From the NCBI GenBank assembly GCA_963782115.1, contig CAWAIK010000001.1:160001-224000 (forward strand): a DNA stretch of 64,000 bases. The letters run 5' to 3'. The notes beneath the pieces were generated by a model. That model saw only the letters and a program-made list of their open reading frames with translations. It had not been told where the DNA came from and searched no databases. The first letter of the stretch is position 1. Every line of letters starts with the position of its first letter. Below, piece after piece: positions 27,577-38,493 of this stretch. Made by a program: the position numbers and the translations under genes. The DNA comes from an uncultured Verrucomicrobiae bacterium (GTDB taxonomy: Bacteria; Verrucomicrobiota; Verrucomicrobiia; Chthoniobacterales; JAFAMB01).

Positions 27577-29438
27577 GGATGTTCCTTTAGCAAAATGATG
27601 TAAGTCATTCATTTTAAATATGATATGCGATTTTTACGCTTTAAAAGTAGCCACTAATTATTGTAAAATAAATGACATTCGTTCTTTACAATAAACGAGT
27701 TATAGTTACGATTTGTGCACACAATGTATCTCGACACCTGTAAAGTCCGCTCTGGCAATAAGGTCTATACACGTGTTCTGCTGCGCGAATCCTATCGCGA
27801 GGATGGCAAGGTTAAGCACCGCACCATTGCCAATCTCTCCAAGTGTTCAGATCAGGAAATCGCGGCGATCAAACTCGCCTTGCAGCACAAACACGACTTA
27901 GCCGCGTTTCGGGAAAATGCTCAACTCAACCCCAATGTCACTCTGCGACAGGGCTTAAGCATCGGCGCGGTAGCAGTCCTGGAGGCCCTGGCCCGGGAAC
28001 TTGGCCTGGTTAAGGCGTTGGGAACAGACCGGGAAGGCAAGCTGGCTCTCTGGCAAGTCATCGCCCGAGTCATTGATCAGGGCTCGCGCCTCAGTGCGGT
28101 GCGCCTGGCTCAAACCCATGCCTGCTGCGATTTGCTCAAGTTGGATGCTTTCAATGAGGATGATCTTTATTCTAATCTTGCCTGGCTCACAGAACATCAG
28201 CATCGAACTGAAACACGGCTTTTTGAGGTCTTGCACCCTGGCGAAAAACCGGCACTTTTTCTCTACGACGTCACAAGCAGCTATCTGGAGGGGAGCAACA
28301 ATCACTTCGGAACCTTTGGCTATAACCGTGATGCCAAGTCTGGAAAGAGGCAGATTGTCATTGGCCTGTTGTGCGACCAAGCAGGGATACCCTTATCAAT
28401 CGAAGTATTTGCCGGCAATACTTCCGATCCCAAGACGGTCGCTTCGCAAGTAAAAAAAATAGTCGGCCATTTTGGCGGCGGATCCGTGACCTTTGTCGGA
28501 GATCGAGGCATGCTTAAGATCCCGCAAATCGAGCACTTGAGCGAGCATGGGATGCATTATATCACGGCGATTACCAAGCCGCAGATAGAGTCACTACTCA
28601 ATACAAAAGTGTTGCAGGTGGAGTTGTTCGATCAGCCTTTGGCCGAGGTCAGTGAAGAACAGGTCCGCTATATCTTGCGGCGTAATCCTAAACGGGCGGC
28701 TGAGATGGATGCCGCTCGCGCCAACAAACTGGGCCGCCTTGAAGACAAAGTAAATGAAAGCAATGCCTATTTGAGCGCTCACCCACGAGCCAAAGCTCAA
28801 ACGGTGATCAAGACTCTGAGCAAGGAAGTCCAAAAGTTGAAGCTTCAGAGCTGGGTTGAAGTCAAGTGCGGCAAAGCTCGTTGCGTGGCATTACAGATCG
28901 ATGAGTCCGCACGAAATGAACAAGCCAAGCTCGATGGCTGTTACGTGCTCAAGACTGATCTGAGCGCAGCACAAGCCAGTAAAGAAATGGTACACGATCG
29001 CTACAAAGACCTGACCTTAGTAGAGCAGGCTTTTCGTACCTCTAAAACGGTGGAACTGGAAATGCGCCCCATCTATGTGCAACTGGAAAATAGCACTCGT
29101 GGTCATGCATTGGTCGTCATGTTAGCCTATCGCTTGGTGCACGAATTAGCGCGGCGTTGGCAGACACTGGACTTGACGGTTCAGGAAGGACTAAAAAAAC
29201 TAAGCACCCTTTGCGTGGTTGAAGTGGAGCTTGCCGATCAAACAAGCTGTCTGACGATTCCGGAACCATCCGCCGATGTCGCCAAACTCATCGAACTGGC
29301 CGGCGTGAGGCTGCCAACGGTTTTTCGCAGTCGAGGTGTAAAAGTAGCCACAAGGAGGAAGCTCCAAGAAAACAGGTCAAGTCGTTAAATATGAGCTACT
29401 TACGGGCGCTATTAGAATACAAAACCATGGGAACATGC
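27577..29438 (+). mobile_element. IS1634-family insertion sequence, ~1862 bp
   Basis: Ends GGATGTTCC / GGAACATGC (9-bp IR, one mismatch); flanking direct repeat GTTTCAAC at 27569-27576 and 29439-29446. Confidence 0.8.
27724..29388 (+). CDS. IS1634-family DDE transposase
   Basis: LLRESYREDGKVKHRTIANLS, YDVTSSYLEG, VGDRGM, DGCYVLKT, YKDL..VEQAFR..K, RPIY. Confidence 0.93.
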   Translation: MYLDTCKVRSGNKVYTRVLLRESYREDGKVKHRTIANLSKCSDQEIAAIKLALQHKHDLAAFRENAQLNPNVTLRQGLSIGAVAVLEALARELGLVKALGTDREGKLALWQVIARVIDQGSRLSAVRLAQTHACCDLLKLDAFNEDDLYSNLAWLTEHQHRTETRLFEVLHPGEKPALFLYDVTSSYLEGSNNHFGTFGYNRDAKSGKRQIVIGLLCDQAGIPLSIEVFAGNTSDPKTVASQVKKIVGHFGGGSVTFVGDRGMLKIPQIEHLSEHGMHYITAITKPQIESLLNTKVLQVELFDQPLAEVSEEQVRYILRRNPKRAAEMDAARANKLGRLEDKVNESNAYLSAHPRAKAQTVIKTLSKEVQKLKLQSWVEVKCGKARCVALQIDESARNEQAKLDGCYVLKTDLSAAQASKEMVHDRYKDLTLVEQAFRTSKTVELEMRPIYVQLENSTRGHALVVMLAYRLVHELARRWQTLDLTVQEGLKKLSTLCVVEVELADQTSCLTIPEPSADVAKLIELAGVRLPTVFRSRGVKVATRRKLQENRSSR

Positions 29439-29500
29439 GTTTCAACCCTGATCTTTGTACTCAATTCGGAGAAACGTAGGATACCTGGAAAGCATCGCTT

Positions 29501-29659
29501 GATGGTGCGAACAATACAGGCTGGAAGCCTATGCTACATTGCTTTCCGGAGTGTCGAGCGATCTCTCGAGGACATCCTGGCGCAATCTCCGCGAACCCAC
29601 GGCAACCACGCGACGGCGTAAAGTAGCATAGGCTTCCAGCCTGTATTTTGTTCGCACCA
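29501..29659. repeat. Inverted pair of REP-like palindromes (ACAGGCTGGAAGCCTATGCTAC)
   Basis: Arms at 29501-29537 and 29623-29659 are reverse complements. Confidence 0.85.
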
Positions 29660-29823
29660 GCGAGCGATCTTATCCAGACAATCGATAACCCAGGGTTGAA
29701 ACCAGGTTGAAACGCTGGGCTGATTCCTCAAGCCACCTTCGGGGCGAAGAACGATCCCCAACCTTCCTTAACTTCGCGCCATTCACCACTGACACTGACC
29801 ACTGACACTGACAACTCTCTTGT

Positions 29824-30822
29824 CTAATGCCAGCGGCGTGTTCTCGGAACAAAAAGCGCGGAAACGGTTCTTTCCTCGCGTCCCGCCCGCCAGCTTACTT
29901 TCGCCGAAAATCCGGGTTCAGCCACGGTCACCAGGGCATCCACGTGAGGGAGCAGACGAACGGTGTGCCGCTCGATCTGATCGGTTCGGCGACGATGGTG
30001 TTCCACGCGCGTAGCCTCAAGTCGGTCCGCGCAGCGTTTTATTGCTTCCTCTCTGCGCTGGCGGCCCAGCCGTTCGCTTAATTCGCGAGCATAGTTCTCG
30101 AAATATTCATCGATTCGGTTTAGCTCTCGGCGCAGAAAGAGCTCCTGCCTTTCGTTGATTTTCGTGAGTTCAGGAGCCAGTTCGGTGCTCAGTGCCCGGC
30201 CGATCCAATCAGATAATGCCGCCGGATCCAGCGTTGGCCAATCCGGTTTTTCGCCGGACGGCTCGACAGGGCTCATTTGGTCGAGCGCGAATTCCAGAGA
30301 ACTGTCGCGGTCGCCATCTGGAAGAGTAAACGCCAGGCGATGGCTGCTCCAGCTCTGGTCGATAGCCTGAACCTCACAGCGCACTGTCGCCACCACCGAG
30401 AATATCCAGGCAGGCACAAAGGGGGTCGCCTGCCAGCCACCGCGCGTGCCGAACTGCGCCTGCCAAAGTTTCTCCGCGACCTCTGCGGTCGGCGCTTTTA
30501 CGCTGATTCCCGTGGAGAGACAAACGCGGGAATGAGCGAGAAGGCGATGCCAAAGCGCGTCCACCAGCTGAAACGTGAGTGGGCAGCCGGGAAACACCTC
30601 GCCATCGGGATTGCCCGTATCGACTGAAGCGGCATCACGAAAACTAAGCTCGCCGGAAAACAATTCACCGTCTTTCCGCCACAGGCGTGCAGCGTCTCCT
30701 TCCGCCAGGATCTCCAGGCGATCGTGCCACGAACGTTCACAAACAGCCCCTAGAGAGAGGAGGCCCTCTTCAAAAAAATCCATCAAATGTTCAGCACGCG
30801 GAGAGATCTTCGGAAATTTCAT
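29824..30822 (-). CDS. Hypothetical protein, partner of the SNF2 helicase (YqhG-like)
   Basis: 332-aa ORF co-oriented 14 bp downstream of the helicase; C-terminal coiled coil RELNRIDEYF. Confidence 0.7.
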   Translation of the reverse strand: MKFPKISPRAEHLMDFFEEGLLSLGAVCERSWHDRLEILAEGDAARLWRKDGELFSGELSFRDAASVDTGNPDGEVFPGCPLTFQLVDALWHRLLAHSRVCLSTGISVKAPTAEVAEKLWQAQFGTRGGWQATPFVPAWIFSVVATVRCEVQAIDQSWSSHRLAFTLPDGDRDSSLEFALDQMSPVEPSGEKPDWPTLDPAALSDWIGRALSTELAPELTKINERQELFLRRELNRIDEYFENYARELSERLGRQRREEAIKRCADRLEATRVEHHRRRTDQIERHTVRLLPHVDALVTVAEPGFSAKVSWRAGREERTVSALFVPRTRRWH

Positions 30823-30836
30823 TGAGGATTCGCTGC

Positions 30837-33164
30837 TTAGATACTCTCGTAATCGTGCGCAAACAACGTTTCGTCGAGTCGCTTGATCTTTTCCAGATTG
30901 GATCGACCGTGACTGAGCTCCTCCCCGAGAGTCTTGAGCGCCCCGGCCACGTCGCCCTCCGAATTCTGCCAGCGCCGGAAGATTTCCTCTTCAAAATCTT
31001 CACTCATAAAGCGATCGCCAAGAATCAGTCCGGTCTCGCCGATAATCAGGTCGAACAAATTCAGCTTTTCTTGCAAAATCTCGAGCAGGTGCGCCTGTAA
31101 GGTTCCCGCCTGCACCAGATTATAGATCTCGACGACCCGTACCTGGCCGATTCGGTGAAGACGGCCGACGCGCTGTTCTATCTCCATTGGGTTCCAGGGC
31201 AAATCAAAGTTCACGAGCCGATGGCAGAATTGGAGGTTGCGGCCCTCGGTTCCGCTCCTTGTCAAGAGCAACGCACCACCATGATCGCGAAAGGATTCGA
31301 CGATTCCCTGTCGGTTGGCAGCCGGCGTCTGGCCGTTCAGTAACCAGGTCTTTACACCACTTGCTGACAGCTTCTGGGCCAACGCTGATTGCGTGGCGAG
31401 GAATTGAGTGAAAATCACAAGGCCGCCCTCGGTCCGCGTCAGCGGCGGGAGAACAGAGGTCTTTCTCTCCCAGCTCCGTTCTAAAGGCGCCTGCGTTTGC
31501 CACTGTTGAACGAGCTTGGGATCGGGAAATTTTGCCAACGCTTCCAGCCAGGCGGCAGGGCTGCTTCCGACGGTTTGCAGGAGCAACCGTCCCCACAGAC
31601 TAGCCTTACCGGGCGGCATGCCTGCAAGAACGGTGCGCAGCTCCCGATCCCATTCGGCCCAAAATTCAATTTCGCCGGGTTCCGGTTCGTAGAGCACCGT
31701 CTCGGCACGACGCGAAGGCATTTGAAGATTGGCATTCGCCCGAGTGTTACGAATCATCACCTGTCCGAGCAACTGGCGCAGCTGTTCCGGTTCACGTGGT
31801 TCGTAGGGTCGGTCGCCGTTGATGAATCGCTGGCGAAATTCTTTGGGCGAAGGCAAATGACCGGGTTTCAAAAGCGTGACCAGGTTGTAAAGCTCTTCAA
31901 GCGAATTCTGGACCGGGGTCGCGGTGAGCAGAAGCAGAAACTGCCGCTGCAGAGCGTTGACCGCTTGCCAAGCTTTTGACCCACGGTTTCGCAAATGGTG
32001 CGCTTCATCGATGACGACCATGTCCCATGGTCGGCGCGTCGCCAGTGAGAGGTGGCTATTCTGTTTGAATGTGTGAATGGAACTGATAAGCGCACCCTCT
32101 TCCATCCAGAATCGCTCCGGATTTGCACGGAACTGCGGTTGGTTGCTCGTAGCGCACAACAGGGAAAACTTCGTCTCGAGCTCTTCAGCCCACTGATCAA
32201 TTAAAGAGGGAACAGTCAAGACCAGAAATCGGCGCACCATACCTCGTGTGACATATTCTTTAAGCACAAGCCCGGCTTCGATGGTCTTGCCGAGACCGAC
32301 TTCGTCAGATAGCAGCGCTCGGCCGCGCAGCGCTCCGGTGACTCGCAGCGCCGTACGGATCTGGTATTCAAGATGATCGATCGCACAATACGGAAGGCAG
32401 AGCAGATCGTCCGACTGATTCGAAATCCACATCAGCGACGCGCGCTCGATCTTCAGAAAGCTGTCGATTCCGGCATGGGTGCGGAAAAGATCGTACGGCG
32501 GCATTTCAGCAGCCGCGATCTCGAGTCGCACCCTGGGCAGCGGCGCGATGGGTTTTTTGATTTCGACAGGCGGATCCTCTTCTGGACTCTTCGACGGCCG
32601 TTTTCCAGAATCCGTCTGGCGCTTCAAGTTTCGTAACGAGGCATCCGAGACACGCTGTTGGATTGCTTCCAACTCGCTTCTTCTCTTTTCCTCCCGCCGC
32701 GCCCTTTTCGCCAGCAGATGAATGGACTCCAACGCAAAGCCCAGATCTTCCAAGGCTGGGGGTGCAGCAATCATTTGTTCACCCATTTCCTGCACTTCCA
32801 TGGCCAAGTACTTCCAGGGATCTCCGGTTTTGTGAAAGCGCGCTTTTTCCCACTTATTCAGCGTCGAGTTAAACTTCCGGCCGAAAATTGCGACGTCTCG
32901 TTTGGCGACCGGTAAATGGCGTGCAACGTGTTCTACCGCCATCTCAATTGCGGTTGGTGAGGGGAGACAATCGAAATTGTCGGCCTCGCCCTCCCCGGTG
33001 ATTCGCCATCGCAGCATCCCGTTGGAGACCGATACAGCCCCGTGCGCCAGTTTTCTTTCGGTTTGGTACGGCTTCCAATCGAACGTGATTCGTCCTTTCG
33101 ACCAATCGAGTGTTATATGCAGCTCAATTCGGGAACCTTCTGGAAACAGGGGCTTTGTTCTCAT
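30837..33164 (-). CDS. SNF2-family helicase/ATPase (YqhH/HepA-like)
   Basis: SDEVGLGKT, DEAHH, TATP, EGRNLQF, DLPWNP, EQRVGRLHRIGQ; start uncertain. Confidence 0.92.
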   Translation of the reverse strand: MRTKPLFPEGSRIELHITLDWSKGRITFDWKPYQTERKLAHGAVSVSNGMLRWRITGEGEADNFDCLPSPTAIEMAVEHVARHLPVAKRDVAIFGRKFNSTLNKWEKARFHKTGDPWKYLAMEVQEMGEQMIAAPPALEDLGFALESIHLLAKRARREEKRRSELEAIQQRVSDASLRNLKRQTDSGKRPSKSPEEDPPVEIKKPIAPLPRVRLEIAAAEMPPYDLFRTHAGIDSFLKIERASLMWISNQSDDLLCLPYCAIDHLEYQIRTALRVTGALRGRALLSDEVGLGKTIEAGLVLKEYVTRGMVRRFLVLTVPSLIDQWAEELETKFSLLCATSNQPQFRANPERFWMEEGALISSIHTFKQNSHLSLATRRPWDMVVIDEAHHLRNRGSKAWQAVNALQRQFLLLLTATPVQNSLEELYNLVTLLKPGHLPSPKEFRQRFINGDRPYEPREPEQLRQLLGQVMIRNTRANANLQMPSRRAETVLYEPEPGEIEFWAEWDRELRTVLAGMPPGKASLWGRLLLQTVGSSPAAWLEALAKFPDPKLVQQWQTQAPLERSWERKTSVLPPLTRTEGGLVIFTQFLATQSALAQKLSASGVKTWLLNGQTPAANRQGIVESFRDHGGALLLTRSGTEGRNLQFCHRLVNFDLPWNPMEIEQRVGRLHRIGQVRVVEIYNLVQAGTLQAHLLEILQEKLNLFDLIIGETGLILGDRFMSEDFEEEIFRRWQNSEGDVAGALKTLGEELSHGRSNLEKIKRLDETLFAHDYESI

Positions 33165-33382
33165 GCTGGCCAGGGAGAAGCTGAAGTTCAGAACAATCAA
33201 TGTCCAACGACTTCGCTTCTCTCTCAATCGTAATGATGCCCCGCGCAGCGTGTCCAGCTTCTGCTCAGGGAGGCATACACCTAACGCCCTTCAAAACCTG
33301 ACGGTGATGGCCCAAGGTTCCAAGCGGTATTGCTTAGCGAATATTTTTAAGGTAAGCCTCGGCAAGACGAAAGCGGGTTCCC

Positions 33383-35230
33383 ATGGCAGAGCAATCCAGT
33401 AAGCCGTCCGACGCACCCGCGACCGCAGCAGACCGGGTGGTGGAGCTGCGTCTCGCGCCGCAGATGTTGATGATGTGCCGCACCTTTTGGGGCTCGCCCG
33501 AACGAAACAAGGTCTTGCTGCTCGGACTTGCCATCGTCGCCGTTATCGGCGCGACGGCCTTCGGCCAGGTCAGGCTAAACGCCTGGAACCAACCCTTCTA
33601 CAACGCACTTGCACACAGAGACCTAGGCGGGTTCCTCGACCAGCTCAAGGTTTTCGCCGTGATTGCCGGCGGCCTTTTGATTCTGAACGTGGCGCAGGCC
33701 TGGCTCAACCAGATGACCAAGGTCAAGCTTCGCGAAGGGCTGGTGCGCGATCTGTTTAACGAGTGGCTCAAACCTCAACGCGCCTTTCACCTGGTAAATG
33801 CCGGCGAGATGGGCACCAATCCCGACCAGCGCATCCACGAGGACGCCCGCCACCTGACCGAGCTGTCGACTGACCTCGGCATCGGGCTGCTGCAGTCTTC
33901 GCTTCTCCTGGGGAGCTTCATCGGCGTCCTTTGGATCCTCTCGAAAAACGTGACCTTCTCTGTGAGCGGACATAGCTTCAGCATTCCGGGCTACATGGTC
34001 TGGTGCGCCCTTGTCTACGCCGGCACCGCCTCTTGGGTCAGCTGGCTCGTCGGCCGCCCTTTGATTGACCTTAATTCCGAGCGCTACTCGCGAGAGGCCG
34101 ATCTGCGCTTTGCGCTGGTGCGCCTCAACGAGCACGCTGACAGCGTAACGCTCTTTGGCGGCGAACAGGATGAGAAGCGGCGCCTTACTGTCGAGCTTAA
34201 TCACGTGCTTCTTGTCATGCGGCGGATTGTCAGCGCGACCACGCGGCTCACCTGGGTCACGGCAGGTTACGGTTGGTTCACAATCATCGCGCCGATCCTG
34301 GTCGCGGCCCCTGGATACTTCGGAGGCGATCTTTCCTTCGGCGCACTAATGATGGTCGTTGGCGCTTTCATTCAGGTTCAGCAGGCCCTGCGGTGGTTTA
34401 TCGACAATTTCAGCACCATCGCCGACTGGCGCGCCACTCTGCTGCGCATCGCGAGCTTCCGCGAGGCGGTTGTGACGATGGACAGGCTCAGCGCGACCGG
34501 GAAGCGGATCGAGTTTGTCGAGGCGCTCGGCGGCAAGCTTACCTTTGAGAATCTCCAGGTCGCCACACCGACGGGTTGCACCTCGTTGAGCGAGCGGCAT
34601 GTCGAGATCGCGCCGGGCGAACATGTTCTCATCGTTGGCGAGCCCGGTACCGGCAAGACCATCCTGTTCCGGGCGATCGCGGGCTTGTGGCCCTGGGGCT
34701 CCGGCCGCATTGCGCTGCCGTCGTCCCATGAAGTTATGTTCGTGCCGCGCCAGCCCTACGTGCCGCTGGGAACGTTGCGCGCAACGCTGGCCTATCCTTC
34801 GCCCGAGACCGCCTACAAAGACGAGGAGTTGGTCGCGGTGCTTCAAAAAGCCAGTTTGGACCGCCTCTCCTCTTCCCTCGACCGCACCGCGCGCTGGGAG
34901 CGCGAACTAACCGATGACGAGCAACAATATCTGGTTCTCGCACGTATCGTGCTGCACAAGCCCCACTGGGTCGTGATTGACGAAGCCCTCGATGCCCTCG
35001 ACGACGACGCACGCAATCGTGCCATTAGCCTTTTCAAAGCCGCGCTCAAGGATGCCGCCATTATTAACATTGGCCGGCCCGAGACTAAGCACCATTACTT
35101 CAAGCGTGTTCTGCATCTGGTCAAAGATCCGCGCGGAGTTTGCTTTGTACCCGATCCCAGCGTGGCTTTTGCTCGCCAGCCGGCGGTCGCTCCCACCGTC
35201 GCTTCGAAAGAGGGAGCGGCGCCGAGTTAG
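33383..35230 (+). CDS. ABC transporter fused permease/ATPase (YddA / ABC_membrane_2 family)
   Basis: NPDQRI.ED, EADLRFALVR, GEPGTGKT, GLWPWGSG, VIDEA. Confidence 0.9.
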   Translation: MAEQSSKPSDAPATAADRVVELRLAPQMLMMCRTFWGSPERNKVLLLGLAIVAVIGATAFGQVRLNAWNQPFYNALAHRDLGGFLDQLKVFAVIAGGLLILNVAQAWLNQMTKVKLREGLVRDLFNEWLKPQRAFHLVNAGEMGTNPDQRIHEDARHLTELSTDLGIGLLQSSLLLGSFIGVLWILSKNVTFSVSGHSFSIPGYMVWCALVYAGTASWVSWLVGRPLIDLNSERYSREADLRFALVRLNEHADSVTLFGGEQDEKRRLTVELNHVLLVMRRIVSATTRLTWVTAGYGWFTIIAPILVAAPGYFGGDLSFGALMMVVGAFIQVQQALRWFIDNFSTIADWRATLLRIASFREAVVTMDRLSATGKRIEFVEALGGKLTFENLQVATPTGCTSLSERHVEIAPGEHVLIVGEPGTGKTILFRAIAGLWPWGSGRIALPSSHEVMFVPRQPYVPLGTLRATLAYPSPETAYKDEELVAVLQKASLDRLSSSLDRTARWERELTDDEQQYLVLARIVLHKPHWVVIDEALDALDDDARNRAISLFKAALKDAAIINIGRPETKHHYFKRVLHLVKDPRGVCFVPDPSVAFARQPAVAPTVASKEGAAPS

Positions 35231-38200
35231 CTCATAGCCGGCTCGCCGGCTGAAACCCGGGCAGCGCTTCTCGGGTCGCAACGATTCTGAGTACCGGCCT
35301 TCCAACGTCCCAGCGCTGTCTGCAATTCCAGTAGCCGGATCGGCTTGCTAAGATAATCGTCCATCCCGGCAGCGAGACACTTTTCGCGGTCGCCCTTCAT
35401 GGCGTTGGCAGTGAGGGCAACGATGTGGATCGGAGACTGCCCCTTGGTGCCCTGACCTGAGCTTTGCTCCCGCCTTCGTATTGCGCGCGCGGTGTCGTAT
35501 CCATCCATTTCCGGCATCTGACAATCCATGAGAATGATGTCGTAAGGAATTGACTTGAGCGCCTCCAGAACTGCCAAACCATTTACCACGGTATCTGCGC
35601 CATAGCCAAGCTTCCGTAATAGTCCCAGGGCAATTAGTCGATTGATGTGGTTATCATCCGCCAGAAGAATCCGCGCTTTCCCGGGTTGCGGATCGACCTC
35701 TGAGGAGTGCGCCGGAGCAGCAGATAGATCCGATTTCGCAACGGTGTCGCGCACCGGAGCTTTGTCCATTGTATTTGCCAAACAGTCAAAGAGCCGCGAC
35801 TGCTTGACCGGCTTGACGAGGTAGGTGTCGATATCGGCCAGTTTCAATTCCTCCGTGCTGCATGCTTGTCCCAGAGAGTTTAAGGCCACGAGCCGGATGC
35901 GGGCGATGGATGAGTCAGCCTTAAGCGCGTGGGCGAGAGCTAATCCATCCATTCCAGGCATCTGGAGATCCAAAAGGGCGAGGTCATAAGGAGTGCCCTC
36001 CTGTTCTGCCATCCTCAGCTTCTGTAATGCTTCCGGACCGCTGGCTGCGACGTCCGCTTGCATCTTCCAGTCAAGAATCTGACGGCCCAGGGTTTGCCGA
36101 TTGGTCGCGTTGTCATCGACAACCAGTACTCGTAGCGTAGCAAGGTCGCGATCCTCCGTTGTCGTTGTGTTGACTTCCTGTTTTTCAAACCGGGCTGTAA
36201 ACCAAAAAGTAGAGCCTCCTCCCGGCTTGCTTCGCACGCCGATTTCTCCCTCCATCATTTCCACGAGTCGTTTGGCGATTGCGAGCCCTAAGCCGCTGCC
36301 GCCGTATTTTCGGGTGGTGGCGCCATCAGCCTGACTGAACGCCTCAAACAGTCTCGCTTGCGCCTCGGGTGGAATGCCGATACCGGTATCTTGAACATAA
36401 AACTTCAACACTGCATGTGTTGCCGATTCGCTCTCTTTGCTGACCCAGACGACGACCTCGCCCTTCTCGGTAAATTTGATAGCGTTGCCAAGCAGATTGG
36501 TGAGAATTTGCCGCAACCGTCCCGGGTCTCCACGCAGCCAGGTCGGAATGCCAACCGGGACGGCGTTGACTAATTCAATCCCCTTGGTGAATGAGCCCGC
36601 GGCCACGATATCCAGGGTGCTTTCGATCGTTTTGACCAGATCGAAATTGATCACTTCAATTGACATTTTGCCCGCTTCAATTTTGGAAAAGTCCAGAATA
36701 TCATTGATGATCGTGAGAAGCATTGCCCCGCTGAGACGAATAGTTTCGGCGATTTCGCGTTGCTGTACGGCTAGATCGGTATCCAGCAGCAAATCGGTCA
36801 TCCCAATGACGCCGTTCATCGGGGTCCGAATCTCGTGGCTCATCTTGGCGAGGAACTCGCCTTTAGCGCGGGTCGTCTCCTCCGCAGCTTCCTTAGCCAA
36901 CTTCAGGTTTTGTTCAGCTTGTTTGGCCGACGTAACGTCCCAGGCCATACCTTGGGTGCCGACGACCTGGCCGCCGGTATCGAGAACCGCAAGCCTGATA
37001 ATGCGGTACCATCGTTTCTGACCGCTGGAATCGAGCCAGTCATCCTCCTTTTCAAACGGCCTGCGTGTTTCCGCTAAGGTCTTTTCAATCGCCCGATATC
37101 TCTCCGCCAGTTCCGGGGGGTCAATGTCGAAGTTTGTCTTGCCGAGAATTTCGCTGGGCGCCCTGCCTTTGAAATCGCTAAAGCGCTTGTTGGCAAATAT
37201 AAATCGGCCTTCGGTGTCTTTCCGGTAAATGGCGACCGGAAGATTTTCTACAAGAGATTGGAGAAATACCTCTGAGGTGGTAAGTGCCGACGCCAGGCGT
37301 TCGAGCTCCTGGTTTGCTGTTTGCTGTTCTTGCATCAATCGTCGAGCCGTCTGCCGACCTGAGTCTGCATCCGCTTTGGCCAGTTCAATGGCCAGGACCC
37401 GGTCGCGGATTGCGCGCGAGATAAGCCAGGTGAGAAACCAAAACAGAACTAAACAGCCGAGGCCAAAGACCAAAATCTGCCGCCAGTTTGCGGCAAGGCT
37501 TTGCTCCACCCGCATGGCCAGCGCCTGTGAACGAACCTCCGCTGATTCCGCAAACGCGGCTACGGCGGCATCGATGTCATGTGAAACTAACCCAAGATCA
37601 TCCTTGAGTTTCTCGTGCTCGCGTCGAAGCAGGAGAGCGTCCCGCCAAAGGCTATAAAGACCGCCGCTCCCGACTACGATTTTTAGATGCCCGTCGACCG
37701 TGAATCCCTTGCCGAAAAGGGAAACCTTCAGGTCCTCAATTAACTCAACTTGATAGTTTATCCGGTCCAGGGCCGGAGCAAGTTTGTTGTCCTTCAGGTC
37801 GGCGAGGTTGTCGACGTTCTGTTCTCCGTTGAATAATTCGACAATTCGAGCCAGATCGGCCAAATCGGTCTTGAACTCGCTCAGACCATGGCTCTCTTGT
37901 CGCGCTTTCTCGATGAGAATCTGTGCCAAGCGCGCCGCCTCCTCCCCTTGCGCCATCCGCCAGTTTTTGAATTGAATCGCTTCTTGCAATCGCCGTCTCC
38001 CCTCCTGCAGCTCCGCTTCATTGCGCAACGCCGAGAGGTAGGCGCGCACCTGTGTCCGCTGCTGTGCCAAATCTTCGAGATCAACATCGTATCGGGTACG
38101 CCAGGCAAGCGCCTGTTTTTCCACCGCTGACATGGTTTTAGCCACCTCAGCCAGCCGATTGAGCGCCAATACGGCGGGTGGGTCATCCATCGACTGCGAT

Positions 38201-38493
38201 AATTGACGTGCGGTTTGCGCCAGACTGGTAACGGCGCCTAATTTTTCGGCAAATGGTGTGTTTTCATCGAGCGCCGCTTGGATTTCGCTACGGGCCGCCC
38301 GCGCGCGCTCGAGGATCTCGCGTGTTGGTTGATTCAGATGGTCTTGCTCCTCTTGAAGGCGCACGCGGCTGGTCCGCATCGATTGGAGCTGCAAACCACT
38401 TTGACCGATCATCACGGCGACGATCACGAAGCCGAGAGCCCCGAGAAGCCGCACCATCCAGAAAATGGGTTGCCCTCTTTGGGTCGTTTTCAT
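35227..38493 (-). CDS. Membrane hybrid histidine kinase (periplasmic domain-PAS-HisKA-HATPase-REC-REC)
   Basis: Two TM helices, [24 protein letters not shown], two receiver domains. Confidence 0.93.
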   Translation of the reverse strand: MKTTQRGQPIFWMVRLLGALGFVIVAVMIGQSGLQLQSMRTSRVRLQEEQDHLNQPTREILERARAARSEIQAALDENTPFAEKLGAVTSLAQTARQLSQSMDDPPAVLALNRLAEVAKTMSAVEKQALAWRTRYDVDLEDLAQQRTQVRAYLSALRNEAELQEGRRRLQEAIQFKNWRMAQGEEAARLAQILIEKARQESHGLSEFKTDLADLARIVELFNGEQNVDNLADLKDNKLAPALDRINYQVELIEDLKVSLFGKGFTVDGHLKIVVGSGGLYSLWRDALLLRREHEKLKDDLGLVSHDIDAAVAAFAESAEVRSQALAMRVEQSLAANWRQILVFGLGCLVLFWFLTWLISRAIRDRVLAIELAKADADSGRQTARRLMQEQQTANQELERLASALTTSEVFLQSLVENLPVAIYRKDTEGRFIFANKRFSDFKGRAPSEILGKTNFDIDPPELAERYRAIEKTLAETRRPFEKEDDWLDSSGQKRWYRIIRLAVLDTGGQVVGTQGMAWDVTSAKQAEQNLKLAKEAAEETTRAKGEFLAKMSHEIRTPMNGVIGMTDLLLDTDLAVQQREIAETIRLSGAMLLTIINDILDFSKIEAGKMSIEVINFDLVKTIESTLDIVAAGSFTKGIELVNAVPVGIPTWLRGDPGRLRQILTNLLGNAIKFTEKGEVVVWVSKESESATHAVLKFYVQDTGIGIPPEAQARLFEAFSQADGATTRKYGGSGLGLAIAKRLVEMMEGEIGVRSKPGGGSTFWFTARFEKQEVNTTTTEDRDLATLRVLVVDDNATNRQTLGRQILDWKMQADVAASGPEALQKLRMAEQEGTPYDLALLDLQMPGMDGLALAHALKADSSIARIRLVALNSLGQACSTEELKLADIDTYLVKPVKQSRLFDCLANTMDKAPVRDTVAKSDLSAAPAHSSEVDPQPGKARILLADDNHINRLIALGLLRKLGYGADTVVNGLAVLEALKSIPYDIILMDCQMPEMDGYDTARAIRRREQSSGQGTKGQSPIHIVALTANAMKGDREKCLAAGMDDYLSKPIRLLELQTALGRWKAGTQNRCDPRSAARVSAGEPAMS

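Larger units (their letters stand above)
27511..29784. mobile_element. Second copy of the IS4-like MITE family (~400 bp when empty, left TIR partly deleted), carrying an IS1634
   Basis: Right TIR CCTTAACTTCGCGCCATTC (29766-29784); flanking direct repeat ACCACTGAC at 27502-27510 and 29785-29793; internal gccccgaagccgaa..tcagc.ca..tttcaac motif shared with 5708-5752. Confidence 0.65.
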
